From positions 35,952 through 99,951 of the forward strand of contig JAFXUI010000004.1 in the NCBI GenBank assembly GCA_017535105.1: a DNA stretch of 64,000 bases, in the 5' to 3' direction. The position numbers were made by a program, and so were the translations under genes. The DNA comes from Alphaproteobacteria bacterium. GTDB lineage: Bacteria; Pseudomonadota; Alphaproteobacteria; Rs-D84. Shown in pieces: positions 39,745 through 49,717 of this stretch; positions within the stretch are counted from its first letter, which is position 1; every line of letters begins with the position of its first letter. The notes beneath the pieces are model-generated. The model saw only the letters and a program-made list of their open reading frames with translations. It searched no databases and was not told where the DNA came from.

Positions 39745-40245
39745 ATGAGATGCCCATATTGTAATTCTAGTGATAGTCGTGTTGCGGACTCGCGCCCAGA
39801 CATAGGAGACGCGGTTATCCGCCGTCGTCGCGTTTGTAACCAGTGCGGCGCAAAATTCACAACGGTTGAACGTGTACAAATGCGCGATTTGACGGTGCGC
39901 AAGAACAGTGGAAAACTTGAACCGTTCGATCGTGAAAAGTTGGCGCGCAGTATTAAATTGGCATGTCGCAATCGTGATGTTGGTGATGACCAGATTGATA
40001 AATTGGTGACATCGATTCATCGCCGCTTGGAAACAGAAACCGCGGACGATATTGTACCCAGCAGTTTGGTCGGCCAAATGGTTTCCGATTCGTTGCTGAA
40101 CCTGGACCCAATTGCGTTTGTGCGCTTTGTTTCGGTGTATCGTAAGTTTTCAAAAATATCTGACTTTAAGAAGATTATTGACCAAATACCAGAGGATGAT
40201 GAGGGAGCAGTGGTCTGTAAGTTACCGAAAACCTCACTGTTTTGA
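39745..40245 (+). CDS. nrdR: Transcriptional repressor NrdR
   Basis: MRCPYC...DSR...RRRRVCNQCGAKFTTVE plus ATP cone, AFVRFVSVYR. Confidence 0.96.
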   Translation: MRCPYCNSSDSRVADSRPDIGDAVIRRRRVCNQCGAKFTTVERVQMRDLTVRKNSGKLEPFDREKLARSIKLACRNRDVGDDQIDKLVTSIHRRLETETADDIVPSSLVGQMVSDSLLNLDPIAFVRFVSVYRKFSKISDFKKIIDQIPEDDEGAVVCKLPKTSLF

Positions 40246-40246
40246 T

Positions 40247-41959
40247 ATGAAAAAAATCATTGGGATTTTTGTCGCAATGTTTTTGCCTTTTGCTGCGTAT
40301 GCGTCGGGGACGTTGGACGTTTTGTCCGATGCAGATGCAAGTTTATACACACAAATCTTTATCTTGCAAGATAACGAAAAAATAGATACGGCAATAAAAT
40401 TACAAAAACAGTTACAAGATAATTTGCTGTTGAACGAAGTTTTATATCAACGTTATACGTCCAAGACATATCATACCAAAGGGGCCGAGGTCGTTGATTG
40501 GATGAATAAATACTATGATATGCCGGGCGCGGACCGTATGTCCAAATTGGCGAATATCAAAAAAGTGACTGTGCGCAAACCCGCGTTGCCAAGTTCAATT
40601 TCGGGCAGTGAATCAATTGAAACCGCACAATCGGAAACGTGGACCGCAAAGCAATATTCGGGCAGTGTTGATAAAAAAGTTTCGCAATTTAAAAAAGCGA
40701 TTCGCAGTGGCAGTACAAAGGCCGCACGTCAGATTTTGGAAGATAATTCGTTTAAGAAAAAATTGACCGAATCAGATTATGGCCGCTTGGCTGGGCGTTT
40801 GTCTTATATCTATTACACAAATGGCGAATATGAATTGGCAAAAAAGTGGGGTTTTGTTTCATCAGACGCAAAGTCCGAATATGGTTTGTGGACAATGGGC
40901 TTGATTTATTTCAAGGAAGAAAAATACGCCGAAAGTCAAAAATATTTTTCACGTATTCTTGATTTGCACCAGATAAATAATGCACGCAAGACTGAGGCTG
41001 CTTTCTGGGCGGGGCGTGCGGCGGACGCAAATGGTGAAAGAAGCGAAGCAAAAAAATTCTGGAAAATTTCGGCGGCACACCCAATGGCGTTTTATGGCGC
41101 GTTATCTGCAACTATGTTGGGTGATACACCGGAATATGAATTTTTTGAACAAGATTGTACCGATGAAGATATCGATGAATTGCGCGGTTTAAAATACGGC
41201 AAGAAAGCATTGGCATTGCTTCAGGTTGGAAACAAGGACAGAGCAGAGCAATACTTGAAATATTTAATTACATCGCGTGCATCGGACCGCACATTACACG
41301 CGGTAAATTCGGTTGCAACGGCATATGGTTTGCCACGTGTGTCGATTCAAGCGTCCAGTGTAATTCGCGACCGCGGTATTTTGGAAATTGATGATGATAT
41401 TATTTATTCGGCGCAATATCCGTTGCCCGATTGGGAACCAATGGGCGGTTGGTCAATTGACCGTGCGTTGTTGTTGGCAATTACAAAACAAGAAAGTGGG
41501 TTTAAGGCTTCGGCTAAATCGGGGGCGGGCGCAAATGGTTTAATGCAAATTATGCCCAGTACCGCAAAGCGTGTCGCACGTCGCAACAATGTGAAAATGT
41601 CTGACATCGATATGTCAAAGCCCGAGCATAATATGTTCCTGGGACAACAATATATTGTTGATTTGTTGTCGCACCCGAATATCCAAAACAACATTATCAA
41701 AATGTTGGTTGCGTATAATGCGGGTATGGGGAACCTTGTAAAATTTGAAAAGACGTTCAAGACGTCCGACCCGTTATTGTACATTGAAAGTTTTCCGGCA
41801 TATGAAACACGTAATTATATTAAACGTGTAATGTCTAATTTGTGGCTGTATCGTGCGAAATTAAATCAGCCGTTATCGTCTATGGAAGATTTGGCAGGGG
41901 GGCAATGGCCGCTGTATAACAGCGAAGATGAATATGTCCAAAACCGTTTGTCAATATAA
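40247..41959 (+). CDS. Soluble lytic transglycosylase (Slt-type)
   Basis: Signal peptide; AITKQESGF, GANGLMQIMP, AYNAG, ETRNYIKRV. Confidence 0.92.
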   Translation: MKKIIGIFVAMFLPFAAYASGTLDVLSDADASLYTQIFILQDNEKIDTAIKLQKQLQDNLLLNEVLYQRYTSKTYHTKGAEVVDWMNKYYDMPGADRMSKLANIKKVTVRKPALPSSISGSESIETAQSETWTAKQYSGSVDKKVSQFKKAIRSGSTKAARQILEDNSFKKKLTESDYGRLAGRLSYIYYTNGEYELAKKWGFVSSDAKSEYGLWTMGLIYFKEEKYAESQKYFSRILDLHQINNARKTEAAFWAGRAADANGERSEAKKFWKISAAHPMAFYGALSATMLGDTPEYEFFEQDCTDEDIDELRGLKYGKKALALLQVGNKDRAEQYLKYLITSRASDRTLHAVNSVATAYGLPRVSIQASSVIRDRGILEIDDDIIYSAQYPLPDWEPMGGWSIDRALLLAITKQESGFKASAKSGAGANGLMQIMPSTAKRVARRNNVKMSDIDMSKPEHNMFLGQQYIVDLLSHPNIQNNIIKMLVAYNAGMGNLVKFEKTFKTSDPLLYIESFPAYETRNYIKRVMSNLWLYRAKLNQPLSSMEDLAGGQWPLYNSEDEYVQNRLSI

Positions 41960-42579
41960 TGAAAGTAAATCCAGATTTTTCGTTGGAAATTGCACATGGC
42001 GGAATAATCGCCGGTGTCGATGAGGCGGGGCGCGGTCCATTGTGCGGGCCAGTGGTGGCGGCGGCGGTCGTGTTCCCAAGTTTTGATATGGATATTCCGG
42101 TTGTTATTCGCGATTCAAAACAGTTAAGTCCGCATCAACGTGCGGTGGCGTACGATTGGATTGTCGCAAACACAACATGGGCGGTGGGGCAATGCAGTCC
42201 CGCGGAAATAGATGAATTAAATATTTTGTGGGCATCGATGCGGGCGATGGAACGCGCGGTGGCGGGTTTGTCGCGCGCACCAGAATATTGTTTAATTGAT
42301 GGTAATCGGGTTCCAAAAAACCTTATCGGCGAATCGGTGGTTAAGGGGGACGCAAAGTCGTTATCGATTGCGGCGGCGTCCATAATTGCCAAAGAAACGC
42401 GTGATAAACTTATGCACGATTTGGCGGAAAAATACCCGCAATATGACTGGGATAAAAATGCGGGATATCCAACAAAATCACATTTACAGGCAATCGAAAA
42501 ATATGGTATAAATGAACATTATAGAAAGAGTTATGGCCCGGTAAAAGAAAGGATAAAAAATGAAACTTCGCACGATTGA
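41959..42579 (+). CDS. rnhB: Ribonuclease HII
   Basis: GVDEAGRGPLCGPVVAAAV, DSKQL, IDGN, KGDAKSLSIAAASIIAK. Confidence 0.97.
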   Translation: MKVNPDFSLEIAHGGIIAGVDEAGRGPLCGPVVAAAVVFPSFDMDIPVVIRDSKQLSPHQRAVAYDWIVANTTWAVGQCSPAEIDELNILWASMRAMERAVAGLSRAPEYCLIDGNRVPKNLIGESVVKGDAKSLSIAAASIIAKETRDKLMHDLAEKYPQYDWDKNAGYPTKSHLQAIEKYGINEHYRKSYGPVKERIKNETSHD

Positions 42580-43726
42580 TAATTTAGATGTTCGTGGCAA
42601 GTATGTATTGTTGCGTGATGATTTTAATGTGCAAATTGTTGATGGAAAAATCACAGATGCTTTCCGTATTGAACAGAGTATGCCGACAATAAACGCGCTT
42701 AAAAACGCGGGCGCGCGAATCGCAATTGTCGCACACCTTGGGCGGCCAAAGGGTACGCGGAATATGGAATACACATTAAAGCCAGTTGCGGAATATATGG
42801 GTGTTCCGCTGATTCCCGATTGCTTGGATAAATCGTTTTTGTCCGATATGAAAGACGGTGATGTTGTGCTGTTGGAAAACGTGCGCTTTTATTCGGGCGA
42901 AGAAGAAAACGATTCGGAATTTGCGAAAAAATTGGCGGACGGTTTTGATTTGTTTGTGAATGATGCGTTTGCGGTGTCGCATCGTGCGCACGCATCAACG
43001 GTTGGTGTTACAGAATTTTTGCCATCGTATGCTGGAAAATTATTGGCATCTGAAATTGAACAATTAAGTGCGGTTATGGAAAATCCGGCACGTCCATTGG
43101 TTGCGATTGTTGCGGGTTCCAAAGTTTCAACAAAAATTGGTGTGTTGAAAGCGTTGGCGCGTTTGGCGGATAAACTGATTATTGGTGGTGCATTGGGAAC
43201 AACGTTTGACTATGCCACTGGCGCACACGTTGGAAACTCTCTTTATGAACCAGACCAAAAAGATACTGCGCTGGAAATTATGGAATATGCGCGTGCAAAT
43301 AATTGCGAAGTGTTTATCCCACTGGACAAGGGGGTTGGTCCCGAATTTTCGCGTGATGCCACGCGTGTGGATAAAACATTTGATGAAATAACAGACGATG
43401 ATGTTATTTTGGACGCGGGCGCATTGACAACCGCGCGTGATGTTGATGTGATTAAATCGGCGGCAACGGTGATTTGGAACGGAACAGTTGGTATGGCGGA
43501 ATGGATGCCGACATGGTCGGTGGGGTCTTTTGCGCTGGCACGTGCGATTGCCGAAGAAACACGCAACGGAAAAATGAAAAGTATTGTCGGTGGTGGCGAC
43601 ACGGTTGCCGCGCTTGAAGCGTGCGGGGTCAAAGACGACATTTCGTATGTTTCCACCGGTGGTGGCGCGTTTCTGGAATTTATCGAAGGGCGCGATTTAC
43701 CCGGAATTTCGGCCCTGGCGGAATAA
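42560..43726 (+). CDS. pgk: Phosphoglycerate kinase
   Basis: RDDFNV, HLGRPKG, LLENVRF, NDAFAVSHRAHAS, GGGDT, STGGGAFLEFIEG. Confidence 0.98.
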   Translation: MKLRTIDNLDVRGKYVLLRDDFNVQIVDGKITDAFRIEQSMPTINALKNAGARIAIVAHLGRPKGTRNMEYTLKPVAEYMGVPLIPDCLDKSFLSDMKDGDVVLLENVRFYSGEEENDSEFAKKLADGFDLFVNDAFAVSHRAHASTVGVTEFLPSYAGKLLASEIEQLSAVMENPARPLVAIVAGSKVSTKIGVLKALARLADKLIIGGALGTTFDYATGAHVGNSLYEPDQKDTALEIMEYARANNCEVFIPLDKGVGPEFSRDATRVDKTFDEITDDDVILDAGALTTARDVDVIKSAATVIWNGTVGMAEWMPTWSVGSFALARAIAEETRNGKMKSIVGGGDTVAALEACGVKDDISYVSTGGGAFLEFIEGRDLPGISALAE

Positions 43727-43861
43727 ATTTTAGCATTTTTTAATGGGATATCTTGTAAAATCGGGAAAATTCCCTATATTTTGTGTACAAAACGCTATGA
43801 AAATTCGCGAATCGGGTTTTTATATGGTATAATAGACAAATGTTAACATAGAGGTTTTGGT

Positions 43862-44443
43862 ATGGCATTGATACCTATGGTTATCGAAGAATCACCACGC
43901 GGTGAGCGTTCGTTCGACATTTATTCAAGACTGCTGCGCGATCGTATTATTATGGTCGGTGGCGAAATTGAACCAAATATGGCAAACAGTATTGTTGCCC
44001 AATTATTGTTTTTGGAATCTGAAAATCCAAACGCTGATATTTCAATGTACATAAATTCACCAGGCGGTGATGTTTCGGCCGGGTGGGCGATTATGGACAC
44101 TATGCAGTATATCAAGGCACCGGTTTCAACAATCGGTATGGGCTTGGTTGCGTCAATGGGTTCGGTTTTGTTGGCTGCGGGTGAAAAGGGTAAACGTTTC
44201 GTTTTGCCAAATACCCAGGTTATGATTCATCAACCAATGGCTGGTGCCCAGGGCCAGATTACCGATATGGAAATTCAATTAAATCAATTCCAAAAGAATA
44301 AAAAATCTTTGGTCAAACAAATGGCAGAATTTACCGGCCGTAAAGAAAAAGAAGTCTTTGACGCGATGGAACGCGATAATTGGATGACTCCGGCTGAGGC
44401 TAAAGAGTTCGGTTTGATTGATAATGTTTTGGTAAGAAAATAG
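43862..44443 (+). CDS. clpP: Clp protease proteolytic subunit
   Basis: [28 protein letters not shown]. Confidence 0.98.
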   Translation: MALIPMVIEESPRGERSFDIYSRLLRDRIIMVGGEIEPNMANSIVAQLLFLESENPNADISMYINSPGGDVSAGWAIMDTMQYIKAPVSTIGMGLVASMGSVLLAAGEKGKRFVLPNTQVMIHQPMAGAQGQITDMEIQLNQFQKNKKSLVKQMAEFTGRKEKEVFDAMERDNWMTPAEAKEFGLIDNVLVRK

Positions 44444-44465
44444 TTTTCTTCGTGGGGTGTAGGAA

Positions 44466-45734
44466 ATGAGTGACGATAAAACAAAAGATACAAACACAAA
44501 CGCAGATAATCAACAGTTCTGCAGTTTCTGTGGCAAGGCCGTGTATGAAGTGAAAAAACTGGTCAGCGGTCGTGGCGTTTGTATTTGTGATGAATGTATC
44601 GCATTGTGTAACGATATTATGACCGATGAACGTGTTGATGAAATACACAAAGACGCGGCCAAGTTGCCGACACCACACCAAATCTATAATTTCTTGAACG
44701 ACTATATTATTGGTCAAGATGACGCGAAACGTTCATTGTCGGTGGCGGTGTATAATCACTATAAACGTCACAGCGTTTCTGCATCGACCAAGGTTGAAAT
44801 CCAAAAATCAAACGTGTTGCTGATTGGGTCCACAGGTACGGGTAAAACATTGTTTGCGCAAACGTTGGCGCGTATTTTAGATGTGCCGTTTGCAATTGCC
44901 GATGCAACCACTTTGACCGAAGCGGGCTATGTTGGTGATGACGTTGAAAGTGTTTTGACACGTTTATTACAAAATGCGAATTTTGATGTTGAACGTGCGC
45001 AACGCGGAATTATTTATCTGGACGAAATCGATAAAATTGCACGTAAGTCGGAAAACCCTTCGTTGACGCGTGACGTTTCTGGCGAAGGTGTACAACAGGC
45101 TTTATTGAAATTGGTTGAAGGTACCGTTGCGAATGTTCCAGCCGGTGGGGCGGGGCGTAAGCATCCGGGTGAAGCGACCGTTCAATTAGATACAAGCAAG
45201 ATTTTATTTATCTGTGGTGGTGCGTTTGATGGTCTGAACAAGATTATTGCGAATCGTACAAACGAACGCCGCGGTATTGGTTTCGGCGCAAATGTCGAAT
45301 CAAAAGAAGCGCGCGAATCCAAGAATTATTTACACGATGTTCAACCAGCAGACCTGGTGAAGTTTGGAATTATTCCAGAATTAGTTGGTCGTTTGCCGGT
45401 GATAACAACATTGCAAGATTTAGATGAAGATGCGTTGGTAAAGATTTTAACCGAACCGAAAAATGCTATCGTTAAACAGTTCGTTGCGATGATGGAAATG
45501 GACGGTGTGAAATTAAATATCAAAGAAGATGCGTTACGTGAAATTGCGAAAGTGGCGGTGGAACGTAAAACGGGTGCACGTGGTTTGCGTGGAATTTTGG
45601 AAAAGATTTTGTTGCAACCAATGTTTGATGCGCCAGATAAAGACGGATTAAAAGAAATCGTCATTGATAAAAATGTTGTCGCGGGCAAAAAGGCACCAAT
45701 GGAAATATTTGCTGATGCTAAAAAAGCGGCATAA
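44466..45734 (+). CDS. clpX: Clp protease ATP-binding subunit ClpX
   Basis: CSFCGK zinc finger, [20 protein letters not shown] loop, GARGLR. Confidence 0.98.
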   Translation: MSDDKTKDTNTNADNQQFCSFCGKAVYEVKKLVSGRGVCICDECIALCNDIMTDERVDEIHKDAAKLPTPHQIYNFLNDYIIGQDDAKRSLSVAVYNHYKRHSVSASTKVEIQKSNVLLIGSTGTGKTLFAQTLARILDVPFAIADATTLTEAGYVGDDVESVLTRLLQNANFDVERAQRGIIYLDEIDKIARKSENPSLTRDVSGEGVQQALLKLVEGTVANVPAGGAGRKHPGEATVQLDTSKILFICGGAFDGLNKIIANRTNERRGIGFGANVESKEARESKNYLHDVQPADLVKFGIIPELVGRLPVITTLQDLDEDALVKILTEPKNAIVKQFVAMMEMDGVKLNIKEDALREIAKVAVERKTGARGLRGILEKILLQPMFDAPDKDGLKEIVIDKNVVAGKKAPMEIFADAKKAA

Positions 45735-45745
45735 TAATATAAAAC

Positions 45746-45777
45746 AAAAACACCCGCCGTTTTGGCGGGTGTTTTTT
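45746..45777. terminator. Bidirectional intrinsic terminator
   Basis: AAAAACACCCGCC-GTTTT-GGCGGGTGTTTTTT. Confidence 0.85.
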
Positions 45778-45788
45778 ATTGAATTTTT

Positions 45789-46520
45789 TTAGTTGTTGTT
45801 CAACACGATGTTATTTGCGGCACGCGCATTTTGTGCGGCGGTCACCAATGTTTGAAAATAATTATTTGCCTGGGTGTCGGTGATGTATTCCGAATCGGAA
45901 TTATCGTCCCAATCGGTCGCGCCATTTAAGACAATCAATGTAGCATTGTCACTATTACACTGGATAGCATATTCAGATGAGTTATAACGTTTGCCATAGC
46001 ATTTGCCATTTAATACATCAACATATCCGCGTTCCGCTAAATCAGAACAATGTTGAGTTGTCGTGGTAAATACACCGTTTTCAACAATGTTGTCTTCGTT
46101 CACATCTTCAATTGCGCCATTACACCAGACCTTTACATAACTGCCATTCACAGAAACCATTGCACCGTTAGATTTTGTTTTGCGGGCACCAAAGCAATCA
46201 CCATTCAATTTTGCCAAATCAAAATCTTGGGAATTTACAACGCTTGTGTTTGCAATGTCGTTGCGTTCAAGTGCAACGCGTTCATCAATGTTTGGATCTT
46301 TTACCGCGTCCGGACAAACATACTTTTTTCCCCAACAATATGATGTTGCGTCCCAACTGCCAGAATCAGATGTGTTATAAAAATAACCAATGCCCATATT
46401 GGAATAACATGTAGCGGGACTGGGGTAGCAAATATTGTCATATTTCCACCATGGCGTTGCAGCATTTGCACCACCAAATAACAACAAAGAAACAACAGAA
46501 AATAAAAACGTTCTTGTCAT
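45789..46520 (-). CDS. Secreted Cys-rich hypothetical protein
   Basis: Signal peptide MTRTFLFSVVSLLLFGGANA; multiple Cys; downstream of CMDxFC paralog B. Confidence 0.75.
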   Translation of the reverse strand: MTRTFLFSVVSLLLFGGANAATPWWKYDNICYPSPATCYSNMGIGYFYNTSDSGSWDATSYCWGKKYVCPDAVKDPNIDERVALERNDIANTSVVNSQDFDLAKLNGDCFGARKTKSNGAMVSVNGSYVKVWCNGAIEDVNEDNIVENGVFTTTTQHCSDLAERGYVDVLNGKCYGKRYNSSEYAIQCNSDNATLIVLNGATDWDDNSDSEYITDTQANNYFQTLVTAAQNARAANNIVLNNN

Positions 46521-46600
46521 ATTCTTTTTCTCGCTTCCTTTTATTTTATCAGAAATCCGCCCCCCAGGCAAGTTATGATTGTTCAATATTACAGATATGC

Positions 46601-49225
46601 CTAGTTGCCGCTTTGTTCAGAAGATGTGATTGTCGTTGTGTTGCCGTAATAGTTTGCTGCCGCGGTTGGATCTGCACAATACCCCCATTTTTTGTTTGCA
46701 CCAGTTTCGTTATAGAAACGTGGCCATATTGTAAGATTACTTGCAGATGTGTTTTGGTTTTGTTGTGTTGTTTCCTGGTACGGTGTTGCAACCCAATAGC
46801 CGCCCAAACGTTCGCACTCTGTTTTAAGAGATGCCGACATTTCAGAACGAACAGAATCCATTGTTGTATTGACGGCCTGTAATACTTCGTCTGATATGGG
46901 TGTTGACGTGCCGTCGATGACAGAATCTGTTTCAGATGGACGCATACATGTTTGCATTGCATAACGTGTGACAGACTGGTACAAACTGCCTACGTAATCG
47001 GAGCAGGTATCGTCCATTGTTTTGGATATTGGGCAATACCCATTACCAGGACATGTTGCCCCAGCTGGACATGGCAAACAAGCGTTGCCGACACTGGGGC
47101 CAGCCCCGCAAGCATTGCCTTGCATTTGCGCCAGTTCGCCTGTTGCGTAAAAATCTGTGCAGCCTTCCCGTCCTGGTAAATCACAGTCAGACAGGTAAGA
47201 ATTTTGATAGCATTCGATATACTTTACAGCATAGCCAGTCGTTTGCAATGGACGTGCGTTTTCGTTTTCATAAACGTTACATACATAACCAGATCGTACA
47301 TCTTTGGAGTATTTTGCATCAGCTGCGTGGATGGCACTGCCATACGATAATTGTTGACGTCTGTTGACGGGCTGGTTCTGACACTGCCAGATTGTTGCGT
47401 ATTGGCGTTCGCCCGGTGCATACACACGACATGCGTATGGATATAAATGCAGGGTATCGTTGGATGGTACAGCGCACATGGTGTGTACATAGTCTTTCAG
47501 TGTGTTAAGGCAGTCTTGGGAAATCTTTTGACTGGTTATATCGTGCAACATTGTATCAATCAGTTGTTGCATACCAGCAGTACCACCGCCGTACAAGTTG
47601 CTGCATGTGGAAAGTTTTTCACGACACAATTGTTCTGATAATTCTAATTGCGAACCCAACAAAAGTTGTTCTTTGGTGTTGGTAAAATCACGCAAAGATG
47701 CGGTTTGGGAATCATAACATTTGTTCACAACATCTAAACATTCGTCTTTGACTTGGCGAATACGAGTATGTTGCCCCTGGTATATTTCGGTGATTGACTG
47801 GCGCATAAATTCGTCCCAGACTTCGTCCGCCAAATCTTGACAGGTCGAAAGACTACCTTCGGCAAAGACACGCATACGATTTAGTTCCGCAACCAGCATA
47901 CGATTTGTTTGATTGGTCAATACGTCACCAGACAAAGATACCATCTTTTCCAATTGATAAAAGTTAGATGAATATATCGGTTCACCAGTAACCTTGTTCA
48001 AGTACAAGCCCGATATGTCAAGACAATGTACATAGTCGCTACCGCATGCCGTATCGGCGGTAACATCCGCGCGTACCTTGGCTACACAGTCGTTAATGGA
48101 TGTTGAATTATGTGCATTGTAATTTTCAAGACGAGCTGTTTGCATTTGGCGTTCTGTTTCACGTATGGTGCCTTGGGTATTGTTTTTCTGTTTATCAAGT
48201 GTGTTTGCCAATAATGAGCAATCATTTTCGATATACATAGCATAGGCAGAGATTACCATGTTAAACGTTGAGGCGTTTCCGCACTGGTCAGATACCAAAT
48301 CTGCACATTGAGAATGAACCGCGTTGTACAATGCTTCGCCAGTCAGGTTCGCAAGATTTACACCCGATGCCAAATCAGTGGTTGCCCAAATTGCATTTAT
48401 GTCGCCCGCGATATCCAATGTTCCAGATGTGGACAGCGAACGTGCTTTTGTGCTTGCCAACACTGTACTGATTCCTTCAAGTTGTTGCGCAGAATTAGAT
48501 GTGTCTTTGCTAGTTGTGGCAGCATATTCCCCACGGGACGCTGTTACCATGGCGTTTACTTCGGCGGCGGTTTTTGGTATGGCTTCGATATTCAGATCTT
48601 GGAAATCCTGAATTTGATCAGCGGCATCGCTTAGCGCAAGTTGTTTCTTTTTGATTTCGGTTAAGCGCGATGAGCAAATACAACGGCGATAAGTATCGTT
48701 TGCGGTGGCACAAAACTGATCCATACACGTAAAGTATGCGTCGTGGCAAGAATTATATCCCGCACTGTATGATTGAGTCATTGCGCCAGCGCGCGCCATA
48801 TTTGTTTTTGCGCCTGTTGTTGCGGCGCGTGATACGTTGGTTTTTGAGGTGGACTTGGTTGCGCTGCGCGTTCCAGATGTACCCGATTTTTTTACCGTTG
48901 TTTGTGTAGTTGTGCCAGGACGTGTAGTGGTTATGCGTTGTGTTGTTGTGCGCGATATTGTTTGTGGGGCAGGTTTTCGCGATACAGTTGCGCGTTGCAC
49001 ACTGTCGTTTGAACGTGTTGTTACATTACGTGTTGTTGTGGTACCCGAATTACGTGTGGTGTTTGTTACTGCGTTACCACGTGATGCAGTACTGCGGGTT
49101 TGGGATTGTGCCACAACGACAGTGTTATTGCCTCGTGCGTTGGTTTTTGTTGTAGCACGAGCAGCAGCATCGGCGCCGCCGATGCACAAGAACCATACCG
49201 CTAAAAAGGGCAGTATTCTTCTCAT
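46601..49225 (-). CDS. Secreted Cys-rich protein, CMDxFC family paralog B
   Basis: Signal peptide; Thr/Arg/Ser-rich linker; CHDAYFTCMDQFC...RRCICS; GEALY, YIENDC, CGSDYVHC. Confidence 0.85.
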   Translation of the reverse strand: MRRILPFLAVWFLCIGGADAAARATTKTNARGNNTVVVAQSQTRSTASRGNAVTNTTRNSGTTTTRNVTTRSNDSVQRATVSRKPAPQTISRTTTQRITTTRPGTTTQTTVKKSGTSGTRSATKSTSKTNVSRAATTGAKTNMARAGAMTQSYSAGYNSCHDAYFTCMDQFCATANDTYRRCICSSRLTEIKKKQLALSDAADQIQDFQDLNIEAIPKTAAEVNAMVTASRGEYAATTSKDTSNSAQQLEGISTVLASTKARSLSTSGTLDIAGDINAIWATTDLASGVNLANLTGEALYNAVHSQCADLVSDQCGNASTFNMVISAYAMYIENDCSLLANTLDKQKNNTQGTIRETERQMQTARLENYNAHNSTSINDCVAKVRADVTADTACGSDYVHCLDISGLYLNKVTGEPIYSSNFYQLEKMVSLSGDVLTNQTNRMLVAELNRMRVFAEGSLSTCQDLADEVWDEFMRQSITEIYQGQHTRIRQVKDECLDVVNKCYDSQTASLRDFTNTKEQLLLGSQLELSEQLCREKLSTCSNLYGGGTAGMQQLIDTMLHDITSQKISQDCLNTLKDYVHTMCAVPSNDTLHLYPYACRVYAPGERQYATIWQCQNQPVNRRQQLSYGSAIHAADAKYSKDVRSGYVCNVYENENARPLQTTGYAVKYIECYQNSYLSDCDLPGREGCTDFYATGELAQMQGNACGAGPSVGNACLPCPAGATCPGNGYCPISKTMDDTCSDYVGSLYQSVTRYAMQTCMRPSETDSVIDGTSTPISDEVLQAVNTTMDSVRSEMSASLKTECERLGGYWVATPYQETTQQNQNTSASNLTIWPRFYNETGANKKWGYCADPTAAANYYGNTTTITSSEQSGN

Positions 49226-49325
49226 CCTTACTTTCTGATAAAAATGTTAGCAAAAAAGATTATTTTGGGGCAAGTGCTATTTACGTAAAAAAATAAAAAA
49301 ATCCGCATTTTTTGCGGACTATTTT

Positions 49326-49574
49326 TTATGCATGATTTTGGTCGGTTGGCGCGTGACTTCGTTCAACGAAAGTTATGCGTCCTTTGTCCAAATCATATGG
49401 TGTCATTTCGACATTAACGTGTTCACCAACATTGACCCAAATGCGGTTTTTACGCATCTTGCCACATACTGTTGCCAGAATTTCGTGTCCGTTTTCGAGT
49501 TTTACGCGAAACATAGTGTTCGGTAACTTGTCTTCGACAACACCACTGAATGTAATTACATCATCTTTTGCCAT
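49326..49574 (-). CDS. infA: Translation initiation factor IF-1
   Basis: MAKDDVI...[14 protein letters not shown]...GKMRKN...PYDLDKGRI. Confidence 0.97.
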   Translation of the reverse strand: MAKDDVITFSGVVEDKLPNTMFRVKLENGHEILATVCGKMRKNRIWVNVGEHVNVEMTPYDLDKGRITFVERSHAPTDQNHA

Positions 49575-49717
49575 ATTTTGCCTTTATGTATTTTCAGATT
49601 TTTTATGGCAGATATGATATTGCGATGAACAAAAAATTGCAAGATTTTTTTAATGCCGCTTGCACGTGGGGGTAATATATGATAAAATTAAACATAATAA
49701 TGTAGGGGTGTGCCAAT